56,684 bases of DNA from Hemiscyllium ocellatum (Eukaryota), in contig NW_026867508.1 of NCBI RefSeq assembly GCF_020745735.1, positions 248,001 through 304,684 of the forward strand, given 5' to 3'. Below, in pieces: positions 1-13,500 of the stretch. Positions within the stretch are counted from its first letter, which is position 1, and each line of letters opens with the position of its first letter. The position numbers were made by a program, and so were the translations under genes. The notes below the pieces were generated by a model, which was not told the DNA's origin, did no database searches, and saw only the letters and a program-made list of their open reading frames with translations.

Positions 1-269
1 AAAAAATTAAAAAGAATATATCAACTCAAATCAGGAACGAGGAAGCTCTTTCTAGGTGAAATCCATCCATACACAACATTGGTAATGATAGTCTGTGCGC
101 AAAGAAACTGCGTGACTGTTTTGACTGTTTGGGTGCATCTGTAGTCACCTTCGCAATGACCAACCTAAAATAGACCTTCTGCCAAAGTACGTTTCAAAGT
201 GTTTGTTTCATTGTCTATCCCAAGAAGTACAACAATGTATTACAAGATATGAATGCGATCTCATTTATG

Positions 270-900
270 CATTTGTTATTGTATGACTAGGTTGGATGAC
301 AATGAGTCCTTTCCCACATTCAGTACAGATGAACGATGTCGTTCCAATGTGAAGACGCCTGTGTACCAGCAGCACAGATGCATTAGTGAATCCCTCCCCC
401 CAGTCAAGAAAGGCTTTTTGCCCATTGACAAGACGAAACATTGGTGTGCCAGACGTTTGGATGAAGTGGTAAATATCTTTCCACACTCATGGCCAAAGAT
501 CGTAATCGCGTCGCATGATTTTGCTGATATACAGTAAGTTGAGATGATCTCTTGTACACAGTGCCAAAGTAAGTTACGAAGAATGGCGTTTCGTCATTAT
601 GAACACGTTGGTGAACAATCAGTTCACCAGAAACTGTACAGAATTTCTCGCAGTTTGGACATTTAAAACGTCTCTTCTCTCTGCAGTGTGAATGCGCTGA
701 TATGTCTGCATGTGTTATGACCAAATGAATACCTTTCCATACTCGTACAGATGATCGGTTTCTACTCAATGTGATTGCATCAATGAATTTCCAACTCAGT
801 CGGTATTTGAACCCTTAGCGCAGGTGAAATTGAATTCGCCAGTCCGGATGATCTTTCAAAGCCTTCTCAATCCTCATGCATATTCATCTGATGCACTTTG
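270..900 (-). pseudogene. Degenerate multi-C2H2 zinc-finger gene remnant (copy 1)
   Basis: Minus-strand ORFs 404-769 and 265-486 contain broken C2H2 fingers and linkers (FKCPNCEKFCTVSGELIVHQRVHNDETPF; VHRRLHIGTTSFICTECGKG). Other fingers have lost Cys/His and the frames shift. Confidence 0.8.
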
Positions 901-3504
901 ATGAATGACATGACTATTGAAGCGATTTTGCTTCAAAGCTATGTTATTGTCTGTCATCTTTCAAAATTTTGGTTCTGCTTCGAACATTTACTTATTCAAT
1001 TATCCCAGAACAGTCCAAATTTATGCTGGTTATCATTGAACTGTCACCCTCGTGATTGTCACAAGTGCTTTATCCGTGAGAATCTTAATTTCTTTCTCTG
1101 TTTGTTGTCAACGTTGCTTTGGCGTTGCGACCACTGAATGCACCATTCATTGGAATATACCTCGAAAGTGTCAGAACTATTTCTGCTTGAAAGCACGACA
1201 ATTTGATTGCAAGTTAGCTGGCTACGATCCATTTTTTACCCATTGAATTTGGGTTTCCACTTCCTGTATCTTATTCTGAGCTGCAGCCGTTGCTGACAGA
1301 CAGAAGAAATGAATATTTCTCTTCCAACTTCCAAACAAATGGTGCTCAGAACATAATGGATTAAACGACTCTGTCAGAACTTGATGTGACAGATGAAGTC
1401 AGTTTCTCTGCCACCAAGTCTCTGCTTTAAATACACTGTATGAAAAAGCAATAAAGACCTTCAATACCAGTTCAGAATGGAAACTCAAAAGTGATCAACA
1501 TTTCTCTTTAGTAAATGTTGGAGATCTGAAATGAAGGAGAAACTTAACACGTCCAGCAGCATCTGTGGAGAGTAAATGCTAATTAACATTTCACGTTCAG
1601 CCTCCCGTATGTATTACTGTAAAATCTGCTTTTCTCTACAAAGATTCTGACAGACATAACATTCTTCTCACTTCCAGCCTTCCTGCAGTATTCATCTTGT
1701 TTTGAAATTTCCGTGGGCAAATCTCCTGCAAAAAGATTTACTAAACCCCACCCCTGTCCATTTTGCAGGGATATTCTTGGCTTGCCACTCCACAATCAGG
1801 ATTAATGCGCATGTACGCTGTTGGCCGTTGCACACCACCAACAAAAATGTCAACCTATAGTCGTGGCTTGTGTTTGAGACATGCGGCACCACAGCTTCAG
1901 GTTAGTTCGTTGTCAGTGACGGACTATGAGTGTCTTATTCGGGTTTTGATGTCTGTTATCGGTGTTTATGAAAGGTCCCCACTCCCGCCACCACCTCCAA
2001 TGTCTTTCCCACATTCAGCTTTCTTTCACATTTCACGGAGACCAAGTAACCATCATCCTGCAGCAGGTGCCACCGCGTTTGACATGCATCTTTCACAATT
2101 CCTACGGTGCATGATCAAATCGGAATTGCACTGCTCATGATCCTATTGCGACGGTCTGGACAGGGACAGGAGATATTGCAAAATAAAAGTGTATGTTTTT
2201 GAGTCTGATTCCACGTAACTTCAGGACATTTGCAGAGCTTGTATTTATTAATACATTTTCCATCAATGATATCTCGGCTTGCAGTTCAATCTCGGATACT
2301 GCAATAATAAAATTCTGAAATAATAAAAACGTAATAAAGAGGGCGTTTGGGTGGTGCTTGAAATTCGTAAGCTGCCAGAGAAATTGGGACCGTCGGGTAC
2401 AATTCTAACATTTAAAAGTCATTTGGTTGGGTACATGAATAGGAAGATTTTTGACGGATATCAAATGCTGACAAATGGGTCACAACCAGTTTTATAAAAG
2501 GTTGAGCCAACAGTTCTGCTCTGTACTGTACAACTGTGCATTTATTTAGGAAGTTGATTTCATATTTAATATGCATTCCCAGCTATTTTTCAAATCAAAT
2601 ATGTGGTCATTTATATCAATAGATTTTCAAAATATTCTCCACCATATACAATGTGTTGATGGAAAGTAAAGTTGGCTGCTGCTGTGCAAATCCCTGGTTA
2701 GATCATAAAGTAAGCACTGGGTAAAGATCTGGGTCCGCACATTATATATGATCCATATTAACATTGAAAATTTCAGAGCGTATGTCATGGGCTCGCATAT
2801 TTGTCCATTCCAGCATGCTGCAATAATCAACAGGACAATGGTAGAGCTTTTCTCTCGTTTCCAGCTGTCTGTCTGCACCATGTACACTTTAGATTCCATG
2901 TAATCAATAAAATCTGTCTAAAGCAGAATTGCATGAATTTAAAGTGTCGCCTCAAGTATCTTGATGAGAAAGTGGTTTCTTACGGAGATGGACCTATGCG
3001 GGACGCACAAGTCATTTCTTAAGCAATTTTAAAACGTGGTGGTCGGTTTACTTGATATTTTAAGCACCCTCAATTTTTTTTGTCGTCGATTAAAACTGTG
3101 TACATTGTTTGCATGTCAATCCTTGCATCCCACGGGAACTGTTAACTTCTCCAGTCTGTTTAGACTCCAAGTAATTTTAAATTGCTCGACCTCATCTGCA
3201 TTCAAACTTTTCATTTCCCAAACAAGTAGGCACAAACTCACCGATCTTTAAGATGTTACTGGTGTTACTCATCGCTGGGGCAATTTCATAAACAATTTAT
3301 TGCTCCCCTCTCAGAATTTCGTAATAGTGACCGTAGATGCAGACGTTGTTTTTCCACACCACCCAGAAATTCAGCACCTTCAATTGTTCGGTATTCTATA
3401 ATTATTGTTACAAGAGAGAGTCTTAGACTTCACGAGTTCAAAAGCTAAAATATCCAACATTGTAATGCAGCAAAACATTCTGAGAGACAATGATGTAAGA
3501 GAAT

Positions 3505-4433
3505 TCATGTGGTGATTTTCTGTTGCGGTTTTTGCCATTTAAACCAGCTGGTGATTAAGACAAGAGGACACATTAGCACGTTCTTCATTTCCTCTCGGAA
3601 CTTATTTTGCGATATCGCGTAGATGAAGACGTTGTTGCAGGAACTGAGGAACTGGAGCATATTTATAATCTCTGAGAGTGTGTATTTTGGGTTATTGAAA
3701 TCTAGTCCACCAAAGTTGTCCTGTCCTGTAACCAGACTGTAGAGAAATCTTCCGACATATGTGCCCCACAGGAGTAGAAAGCTGATGGAGATGGCGTACA
3801 GCAGAACAATGGACCTCTTGCGTTTAGCCAGCTCGTGATCTTCGCCGTTCAGAGAGCCACGAAGCCTCCTGCGTGCCGCATTGACCACTAAAATATGTCT
3901 AACAGTGAGGGCGTTAAGCAGTAGAATGAGAAAGAATGGAAGAAGTGGAATCAAGACACGGTCAAGGTAGTGGTAGGCCTGCCAAGCAGGTGAAGTGTAG
4001 AACATAGGCTTGATGCCACAAAACAAAGGCATCCCATCCAATATAACCAAGGGTTGATAGATAAAGAACAAAGGGATGTTCTTGCTGCAGAACAAGGAGC
4101 AGATCACGCCTATGACGAGCAATGCAGTTTTCTCAGTGCAGTATCTGGTACTCAGACTTGGGGAAGCGATGGCCACAAAACGATCAATGGTGAAGGCTAC
4201 TGTCAGCCAGACTGATCCATCACGGCTGATGTAGACCAAAACTGCACTAAACGCACACACTGGCGTCGCAGATAGGATTTTGTATCTAAGATAAATGCGA
4301 CCGATCCTGTTCAGAATGCACCCGTTGAAAATAACAAGGAAATCAGCGAAAGCTATCGCCATCAGGTAGTTGGTGACACTACGTGAGAGTCCGCATAGTC
4401 CTCGGGATAGGATAATGATTGTCACCAAGTTGG
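3505..4433 (-). CDS. GPR139/GPR142-like class A GPCR gene A, exon 2 (TM1 end to C-terminus); intact
   Basis: Acceptor ttgcag|CC AAC TTG (AG at 4435-4434). ORF reads ANLVTIIILSR...NYLMAIAFADFLV...TIDRFVAI...SSCNNVFIY, a 7TM pattern with DRF in place of DRY. Exon 1 (70 nt) plus exon 2 (929 nt) gives 999 nt, i.e. 332 aa plus stop. Confidence 0.9.
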
Positions 4434-6140
4434 CTGCAAGTGGTCAAAAGAGAGAGTTGGTACAATGCTAATTTCAAATGCTTGCCATTGTCTCGTCCAT
4501 CCTGTTATTGCTATCATCTCAAACATTCATTCATCACTCTGAGATAATGACTCTTCTAAAAGTATAGTGTCACTGCTGGATAAATCATTTGTCAATACAG
4601 GGACTACTGAAATCTGTATCACCACAATTTCTTCCTTCTGGTAATATTCACCTATCCATTCAAAGATTGCAGAAAAAGAGAATTCGTAATGTGTGGAAAG
4701 AAGTCCTTTGCTGTTCGAATATTTAATCTCCGAATCTATCCCATCTATCCGCACTTTCTCCCCGTAAGCATGTGTTTATCATAGATAGCACATCCAACTG
4801 CATTCCACCTGTGCAGAATGGCGCAATGTAGCTTGGCCAATTCATCTTATCTGGATGTCTTCTACCATGGGAGTAATCCTGACCAAGCAGCAGGCACCTA
4901 TGCATACACAGGAAACATATGAAAAACCCACACAGACAAGGATGGAATGGAAAATTGGTCCCTCACATTCGCATAGTATGCAGTCCATCCCTTGTCCCAA
5001 GCATATTACCGTACATTGGGTCTCCGCCTGGCAACACCTCACTTTCATTAATCTCATCTTAATGTTTATTAGGTCAGTAATTGCCACTTGCATCTATTTG
5101 CAATTCATAAACGTCTGTCACCACCACGTGCCTCCAATTTTGCTCTGCTGTGCATCCCTGAAGCACGTCATCTCTCCTACTCAATCTATAGTTGTCAAGC
5201 ATCTAATCCCTGCAAGTCTCTCCCTGGAAGGGTATTTCTACTGCTCTTTCTTAAGAATGCTTCTAATAATCTATCTCTTTGATAAACACATTGTTGCTCA
5301 CACTACTATTCCTTCCATCTTTCAACAGAATTTCGTAATATCCACGCTCCTGCGAATCAATCAATCTTGACATAACGTGATGGCTGAAAGAACATGTACA
5401 ACCCCATTTTCTCCAGTGCTGAACGGAAATTGATACAGCCATATTGCATTATCATTAAAATATGAGTATTTATATAAAAACCAAAAATGAAAATGTACAA
5501 AACCTATCAGCATAAGACAATTTTCGTCACAGATTATAGCAAATTTCTCTCTCCTAGCCCTTTTCAAATGTGCCTATGCCTTATTTAAAATCAAATTTAA
5601 AATATTGACTGTTTAATAGGAACTCACTGCAGCATAACTAGTATTTATTTCACGAAAGTCTCGCCTATGATTTTTATCATAACTGAACGTATTTTTCGAA
5701 GTTAGAATGCCCTTAACTTGATCATTGTATGATATGAATTACTTATAATGATGCCATATGATGTGTATGCGAAAATCGAACTGCTAGCACCATGACACAC
5801 AATCACTCACATGTCACTAAGAGGTTTTTGAATTGTGTGCAACATCATTACAGAAACTAATATTCAGCAAAATAACAGGCTGATGTTCACGCAATTTCAT
5901 ACGTTAAAATTCATTTTCCAGCACGCAGATACATGACACACTTGTGACAGTGCCATGCAACAAATTGAGGTGCATAGTTTAAAGCTTTATATAAAGTGGC
6001 AGCTTAAGATATTGCTGCCTAGTTGATCTATCTCAATCTCAGAAAATATCGAGTTCTGCAAATAAATTCAGCCTGGACCTGAAAAGCAATGTTTCCGAAG
6101 ATTTATAGAACAGAAAATAACATTGTCATCTATTATTTAC

Positions 6141-6210
6141 CAGGGACACCAATAGCAGCGACAATGGGGTAAGCAATTCCAAAGAAGAGTCCTTTCGCTG
6201 GCCCGTGCAT
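6141..6210 (-). CDS. GPCR gene A, exon 1 (MHGPAKGLFFGIAYPIVAAIGVP)
   Basis: ATG at 6210, phase-1 donor G|gtaaat at 6140. It joins exon 2 in frame to give GVP-ANLVT, the same split position as the GPR139 TM1 'GLP|ANILTVIILS' motif. Confidence 0.85.
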
Positions 6211-7299
6211 TCTCTTTCTCATCCAGAAACTAAAGCAATTGGAAAGAACTGAGCTCTGAAACATGCACAGAGTCGCACATATATTCCATCTTGGTGTCTC
6301 TAGAGAAACAATTAAGTTGGATCATTCAGCTCAGTTACAGTTCTGCCAACAGCAAATTAACTCCGGTTTTGATGCCTTCCATTTTGTCAATTAGCAATGC
6401 AGCTGCTGCCATCAAGTACATGGACGAATTGGCTCCATAAACTTCTGATGCGCTCATCCCCACAAACCATGGTTTTCTGTCTACCTTTCGTTTCTATTGC
6501 CACAATATGAAACCTAAAATTGATGCTTTTGTCATTTTCACTTTTCATGAAATGTTTCGATGTTACAAGTCAGATTGGTTCATTCACTTGGTCTGTTCAT
6601 CGGGGTTGTCATGTTTTATGCCGTAATGTGACCAAATCGCTGAACTACTTGAAATTACGTTGATATCGGATGCACATTTTTGACGATGGAAATACGCAAA
6701 ACGATCCGTTTGTCCTGCTAATCGAGAAGTGCGTACAGGTCTTCAACCTTTCGACTTATGGTTCAGGATTTAGAATGCGAGAATCGTGGGCTGGGGTTTG
6801 CTATATTTGCTAAATGCGTCAACAGGTGAAGCAGCAACTTGTATTTTGACTTGAAATATCGCATCAAAAGCACTGGTTTTAGAGGCACTTCCGTTATAAA
6901 GGAACAACAATGGAGATAATGTGATAGAAAAAAATAAAATATGATCCCTTGCAGTAGACATTATGATAGGGCCTGACCCAATCGACAACGTCATTTTGAC
7001 TCACCAGCATTAACACCAATAAAAAACACCTGTATTAATTGTTTAAGTTTGTGCAAACGTGGTCTATAGCATGGCAATAGGTTGGTGAGCCATCTTTTTG
7101 TCACACTGCACCTGATATAAGTGCATAAGTTACATATGCAATGATGAAAGGTGAAGTTAAATAAAACCAGCTTTTGACAATGCAGAATGTCGACAATATG
7201 ATAGTAGGCCATGCAGCCTATTGAAACCAAAGTGACCCACTGAAAAGCATGAAGCCTATTCTATCGCATTCCAGTAACCACACTTTTCCCACAGCTAAT

Positions 7300-7445
7300 C
7301 GACATAGCCTACAAGTGATTGAACTATGTGCAGATACCTGGAGCACAGCAAAAATTTGTACACACCATGAAGATGTTCACCCGAAAGTGGAATAGAACCT
7401 ATGTCCCTAATGCAGTGCAACAGCCTTGCAACCACTAAACTGCCA
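7300..7445 (-). mobile_element. tRNA-derived HE1-type SINE, 5' part (degenerate); second copy at ~55270-55417
   Basis: Reverse complement shows A-box-like ggcagtttagtggtt and B-box-like ggttctattcc, then a shark-SINE-like body. Confidence 0.6.
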
Positions 7446-7673
7446 GTTCTGTTCTGGTTCTGGCAGGATTCCATCTGCATCAGGGAATATTTCCTGACGA
7501 TAAACCATACATCAAGACCACAGACTTTTAGAATCAGGCTTTTTCTCTGTTTGATCATGTGAACTGCACTATCCAGCTGAATGTGTTGAAAACAGAATTG
7601 ACAGAATCCACGGTTTATTACGGTGTACTGAGCCCCACAGACACTCAGAACATGGCCGACCAGTACAAAACTG
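7446..7673 (+). pseudogene. 5'-truncated TCR V pseudogene (same family as the V at 23786) with degenerate RSS
   Basis: Reads LFWFWQ..., then after a frameshift FDHVNCTIQLNVLKTELTESTVYYGVLSP (2nd Cys to Gly). Followed by cacagac (7636-7642), a 22-nt spacer and acaaaactg (7665-7673). Confidence 0.8.
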
Positions 7674-8194
7674 TCAGACGGCCACTGAACATGATAGCAT
7701 GTCAACGAAACAGTAATATGAGGGCAGATCTGCGGTGGTACCCGAATTCACAGTGACATCATCTATCTCATTCGAAGACAAAGCTTTAATCATTATTAAA
7801 ATCCTATTAAAATGAGCTAACGTCGTTAGTTCAATGAATGATATACAAATAATGTATTTTGTGCCTTTTGACATGTTCCAAGCTATTTCAATGCTTCAAT
7901 GACGTTGTGGTGTCGAGAATGCAGGGACTAGTTTAGGTTAAAGAGAATCCTTTAGCGACATAAGGAATTGGAGAACTCGTTTGAGAGACAATAACCTATC
8001 ACATATTTCTCTCCATCAAAAAGCTGTGCAACGAGAACAACGTCAACCAAATTGCAGGTTACTCAGTCCTGCCCCGGACTTCCATATTTGCAACTCCAGA
8101 AAGGTGAACTAGAGGTTCGACGACACAGACCATGTCAGCATATCAATAAGAAAACGGGTTCTAAAACACGTCTGAACAATAATAACCATTTAAA

Positions 8195-9850
8195 AACATA
8201 CAGAATATAGAACAAAGAACGTTCGAGCGCAGTAGAGGCCTTTCGGCCCTCGATTTTGCAACCACACGTGAAATTAAACTGATGCCCATCAAACCAACAC
8301 CATTCCATTATTATACATATGCATGTTCAATGCCATGTAAATTCCCGTAATATCTGCAATGTTAACTACTGTTGCAAGCAGGCCGTTCCATGCTCATTCT
8401 CAACTCTGAGCATAGAAACTGCTCCTGACATCTATCCGAAATCTATCACCCCTCAATTTAAAGCCATGCAACCTTGTTTTCGCCTTCACCATCCGAGGAA
8501 AAAGGCTCTCACTGTCCACACTATCTTAGCCTTTGATTATCTTATACATCTCGACTAATTCACCTCTCAACCTCTTGTCTCCAGCGAAATCAGCCTCAGT
8601 TCCCTCAGGCTTTCCTCGTAAGACCTTCCTTCCATACCAGGCAACAAAGCTTTCACGTCCTTCTTATAATGCGGTGATCAGAATTGCAAACAATATTCCT
8701 GGTGCGACATTACCAGTGTCTTGAATAGCTGAATCATGACTTCGTGGCCACGAAGCTCAGATTCCTTGCCAATAAACACCATATGCCTTCTTAACAACCC
8801 TAACAACCTGGGTCACAACTTGCAGGGATTTATGTACCTGGATACCGAGATCCCTCCGTGCATCGACATTACCAGAGTTTTAGTATTAATCCAGTACTTT
8901 GCATTCCTGTTACTCCTTCTGAAGGGAACAATCCCATACCCTTTTCGCATTATATTCCACTTACCACTTCTCAGTCCAGCTCTGCATCTTCCCTGTGTCC
9001 CTCTGCAACCACAATATCCTTCGGCACTATCCACAACTTTGCCTACCTTAGTGTCATGCTTCTACGCCCACATCCAGATCATTTCTAAAAATGACAAACA
9101 GCATTGGACCAAACAGATCCTTGCAGCACACCACTGGTAACTGAGTTGCAGGATGAACATTTTGCATCAACTACCACCTTCTGTCTTGTTTCAGCTCGCC
9201 AATGCCTGATCTAAATCCCTACATCAACATCAGTCTCGCAAATCCGTACTTGTGCAGTTGCCTACCATGTGGAACCTTATCAAATGCCTTACTTAAGTCC
9301 ATTTATATGGCATCAACCGCTTTACTTCATCCACCTTCTTTGTCACCGTTTTAAGAACTCAGTAAGGTTTGTCAGGTGCAATCTACCCTTCAGAGAATCG
9401 CGTTGACTATCCTTAATCAAATTATTGATTTCCACATGATTACAAATCCTCTCTTATAACCTTTCCTGACCCCTTACCCACAACCAAAATAAAGCTCACT
9501 GGCCTATAATTACCAAGGATGGCCCGAACCGCACCCCCACCCCCACACCCCCTTCTCAAACAAGGGAACAACATTAGATATCCTCCAGTCTTCTGGTACG
9601 ACTCCTGTTGACAATGATGACATAAAGATCACAGCCAAATGCTCTACCTTATCCTCCGTGGCTTCCCACAGGGTCTGAGAATAAATCCCATTCAGCACAG
9701 CGGTCTTATCTATTTTAAGATCTTCAAAAATTGCTAAGACCTCCTCATTGTCTACCACAAACCCATCTAATCTAGTATCCTGCATCATCATATTCTCAAT
9801 AATCTAGCGCTTTTCCAATGTGAGTACTGTCAAAAAGTATTCAATAAATG
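8195..9850 (-). mobile_element. CR1-type LINE fragment(s), decayed
   Basis: Minus ORF 9510-9791 (SSLSTGVVPEDWRISNVVPLFEKG) is a CR1 RT N-terminal motif. A CR1-like 3' tail lies near 8200. Confidence 0.75.
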
Positions 9851-10569
9851 CTTTCCCATGTCCTCAGATTGCACATCGTGATGACTGGTTTGTGAGACAG
9901 AGCTGCCAGTGGAAATCTCAATGACATGAATCATCTGCTGTAAGTCTAGATGGAAATGAACATTTTTCATCCTTTATTTAAAGTTTTCATTCTTTCTCAG
10001 CAGTTCACTTCCGGACATTTAAGTTCCGTAAAACCAATGAGTTCCTCTTGTTCCTCTGAGGACAATTGAAGAAAAGAAGAATCCTATTTTGAAATGCAGT
10101 CACAGAGGAGATATTCCGGATTCTGCATATCCGAGTCTAGTGAAATCGCTTCTGCAGATTAAAGGACACACTCGGGACTTGGAATCTCTCAGGACCTAAT
10201 ACATTCTACACAGTCCAAATAACTCTTTCGTTTTAGAAAAAGTGAAACCTGTTGATAAAAAAAACATACAAGTTTTTAATAGGCAACTGAACGGATAGCT
10301 TAAGTGGAAGTAGATTCGTTTGAGATATCTGGCTGTCGTGCATGAATTGGGCCAAAGGCTGTCTTTCCTTGCAGTATATCTTTATGATTCTCAAACGCAA
10401 AATTGTTCATTTTCTCTGAACACAGTGATAAATAGCATAACTGGCTGCCATCAGAGGGCAGGAGTAGCATGAAATAGATACATTCACATATAAAATCAGT
10501 GGCGGAACTCTGGAGAGAGTTAACTTTTCATGACAATGAATATCGAATAAAATTTAATCAATAATCATC

Positions 10570-13500
10570 AGAGTGCAATGGACTATAGATGTAGGAGCAG
10601 GAGAAGTTATCCCAACTTCTGTCCATTACAGGACGAAGCTCTGGCCTTAAGCTTGTCTTATGTTCCCATATGCTTTTAGCTAAAATCCCCCTTACCAGGA
10701 AAGATCATTGTAAACCTTTTCTGCTCCCTCTCCACTGCGGCCTCATTTTTCCGGTAGTGTGTGACCAAACCTTTATCAAGATTTCAAGCGTGGCCTTACT
10801 GAAGTTCCATAACATTGCAGCATATCTTTCTATCCTTATATTCAATGCCATTTCCAATGAAGGCAAGTACGCCATAGGCCTTTTTTTTGCTAACTTATCT
10901 ACCTGAAGTGCCACCTTCAGTGATCTGTGGACCTGCACACACAGATTCCTGAGCATATCAAGACTCCTACAAGTTCTGTCATTCAGTTTTAAATTTCCAC
11001 CTTTACTTGACCTTTCAAAATTCATCGCCTCACATCTGTCCAAATAAAACTCAATCTGCATTTTTTCTGTCCATGACTCCAAATGATTTATATCCTGATA
11101 TATTATCTGAGAGCCCTCTTCACTATCACCAACTCCAACCAATCTTCGAAAGGTCCTCAAACTTACTTTTGGTATCAGTCACGTTTTCTTATAAGTCATT
11201 TATGTAGACTGCAATGAGCAGAGACCAAAGCATTGATCCATGTGCAACCCCACTCGCCACAATTCTCTCTTCCGAAAAACATCCTTCTGCCGATACACTC
11301 TGTCTCCACTGACTAAACCAGTTCTGTATCCATCTTGCCAGCTCACCTTATTGCAATGTGACGTTACCTTTTGCACCAGCCTGCATTGAGGGACCTTGAG
11401 AAAAGATTTAATTCAGTCCATGTGGAACACATCAACTGCATTTCTCTCATTAGTCATCTTCATTACCTTCTCAAAACAAAACCAGCAAGTTAGTGAGGCC
11501 CAAGCTCCTCTGCACAAAACCGTGCTATCATTCACGATTAAGACCAATTGGTACTGAATACATAAAGATCTTGTTGCTGATAATATTTTCCAATAATTTC
11601 CCTACCACTGATGTGAAGCTCGCAGGCGTGTAAATTCTTAAATTATCCCTGCTACTATGTTTAAACAATGGGACAACATTGTCTATTCTGCAGTCCACTG
11701 AGATCATACCTGATTCCAAAGAGCATACAAGGATGTCCGTCAATGCAGTAACATGTTGTTCATTTGCCTCCCTGAATATTATGGGGTAAATCCCACCAGG
11801 TCCTGAGGACCAATCGACTATAATGCTTTTTCAGGCATACAATACCTTTTGCATTTCAAGACGAATCTGCACATCCACACTACCAAGAATCTTTCCATTG
11901 AACCAATATTCTACCTTCCTGTTATTCTTCTCAAAGTTAGTCACCTAACATTTGTCTGCATTGAACTCCATTTTCCACTTTTCAGACTAATTCTGCAGTT
12001 TATCCAAGTCTCCTTGCAACCTGCAACATTGTTAAACACTACCCACCACTCCACTGACTTTCGTATCATTTGAAAACATACTAACTCATCCTATGCCTGC
12101 GTTCACGTCGTTTATAAAATGTCCCAAAACAGATCCTTGAGGCACACCACTAGTAACTGGACTCCAGGCAGAATATTTTCCATCAATCACCACGCATTGT
12201 CTTCTTACAGAAAACCAGTTTCTAATCTAATCGGTCAAATCACCCTCCTTCTCATATCTCCACATTTTCTCCAATAGCCTATCATGTGGAAAAGTATCAA
12301 CAGCATTATTGAATGCCATGTACAACGCAGCAACTGCCCTACCCTCATCCACATACTTGGTCACCTTCTCAAAATAACTCAATGAGATTTGTGCAATACA
12401 ACCTCTCCTTGATGAATTCATGTTGACTCTTTCCAGTCAAATTGTTGCTGCAGGGTGATTATAAATCCAATCTCTTATAAACCTTTCGAAACCTTTTCCT
12501 ACAACAGAAATAAGACTCACTGGTGTATGATTCGCTCTGTCATCTCAACTGTCCTTTTTGAACATGTGCACAACATTTGCAATCCTCCTCTCGTCTGGCC
12601 TGAAACCTGAAGATAATGTCGAATCAAAGATGAAGGCCACAAGCTCCGCCAGCACGCCCTAGCTTCCCAGAGAATTCTCGGAAAAATCCCACCAGGCGCA
12701 GGGGACCTATCTAGTTTCACACCTTCTACAGTTGATAACACCTCCTCCCTACGAACCTCAACCGTTTCAAGCCTAATTGCCCGTATCTCAGCCTTCTCCT
12801 GTACAATATGGCCGTGTTCTTGAATGAAGCACCACCGTTCAGCACCACTCTCATCTCCACAGAATCCACACACAACTTCCAACTTGCTGCTTTGGCAGAC
12901 CCTTTACCATCCACTTATACTTCTCACGTTGAAACATATGGATTTCAGACCACCTCCCTGGTCTCTTCAGCAGCGTTACCTTTCCTGTTCTTTTCCTTAG
13001 TCATATTTGTCATGCTCCTACATCTCCCTTCCTTTCGCCATTTGCTGCTCTACTCCTCCAGTACCCACTCCCTTGTCACACGAGCTGAACCCCATCTCAA
13101 TTCGTCTCACCAATTAAACTCCCAAGATATCAGTCCCGGACCTGCCCAAGTGTTACCACTTTAGTTTGTGCAGGCCCAACTCCCCCAGAACCTGTCCCAC
13201 TGCCCGGTCAATCTGACAACTTCCTGCTTACACCATCTTTTAAGATACGTGTTCATCATATACATCCTACATTTCGATTCTGACTCCATCATTACATTGG
13301 TAGTAATCCTGATGTGAGTAACTTTGATTGACTGCATTTCAAATTTTTTCCTAGTTCTATACATGCTGCTTTTGGAATCTCAGCTTAGTTTCTTTTCTAT
13401 GTTGTTCATACCAAGGCATACCAGGACAACTGACTATTTGCCCTTCCCCTCCAGAATGTCCTGCAACTGCTCTGAGACATCGCTCATCCCAGCACCAGGC

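Noticed and set aside
557-585. cacagtg-12-acgaagaat as a 12-RSS
   Set aside because: It lies inside the ZNF remnant, the nonamer is poor and the heptamer is lost in the duplicate (cccagtg). Other isolated heptamers (~10417, 17168, 19978, 20503, 37716) also lack nonamers.
1763-2170. 125-aa ORF and its partial counterpart at 45644-45838
   Set aside because: The frame is not conserved between the duplicates and there is no recognisable domain.
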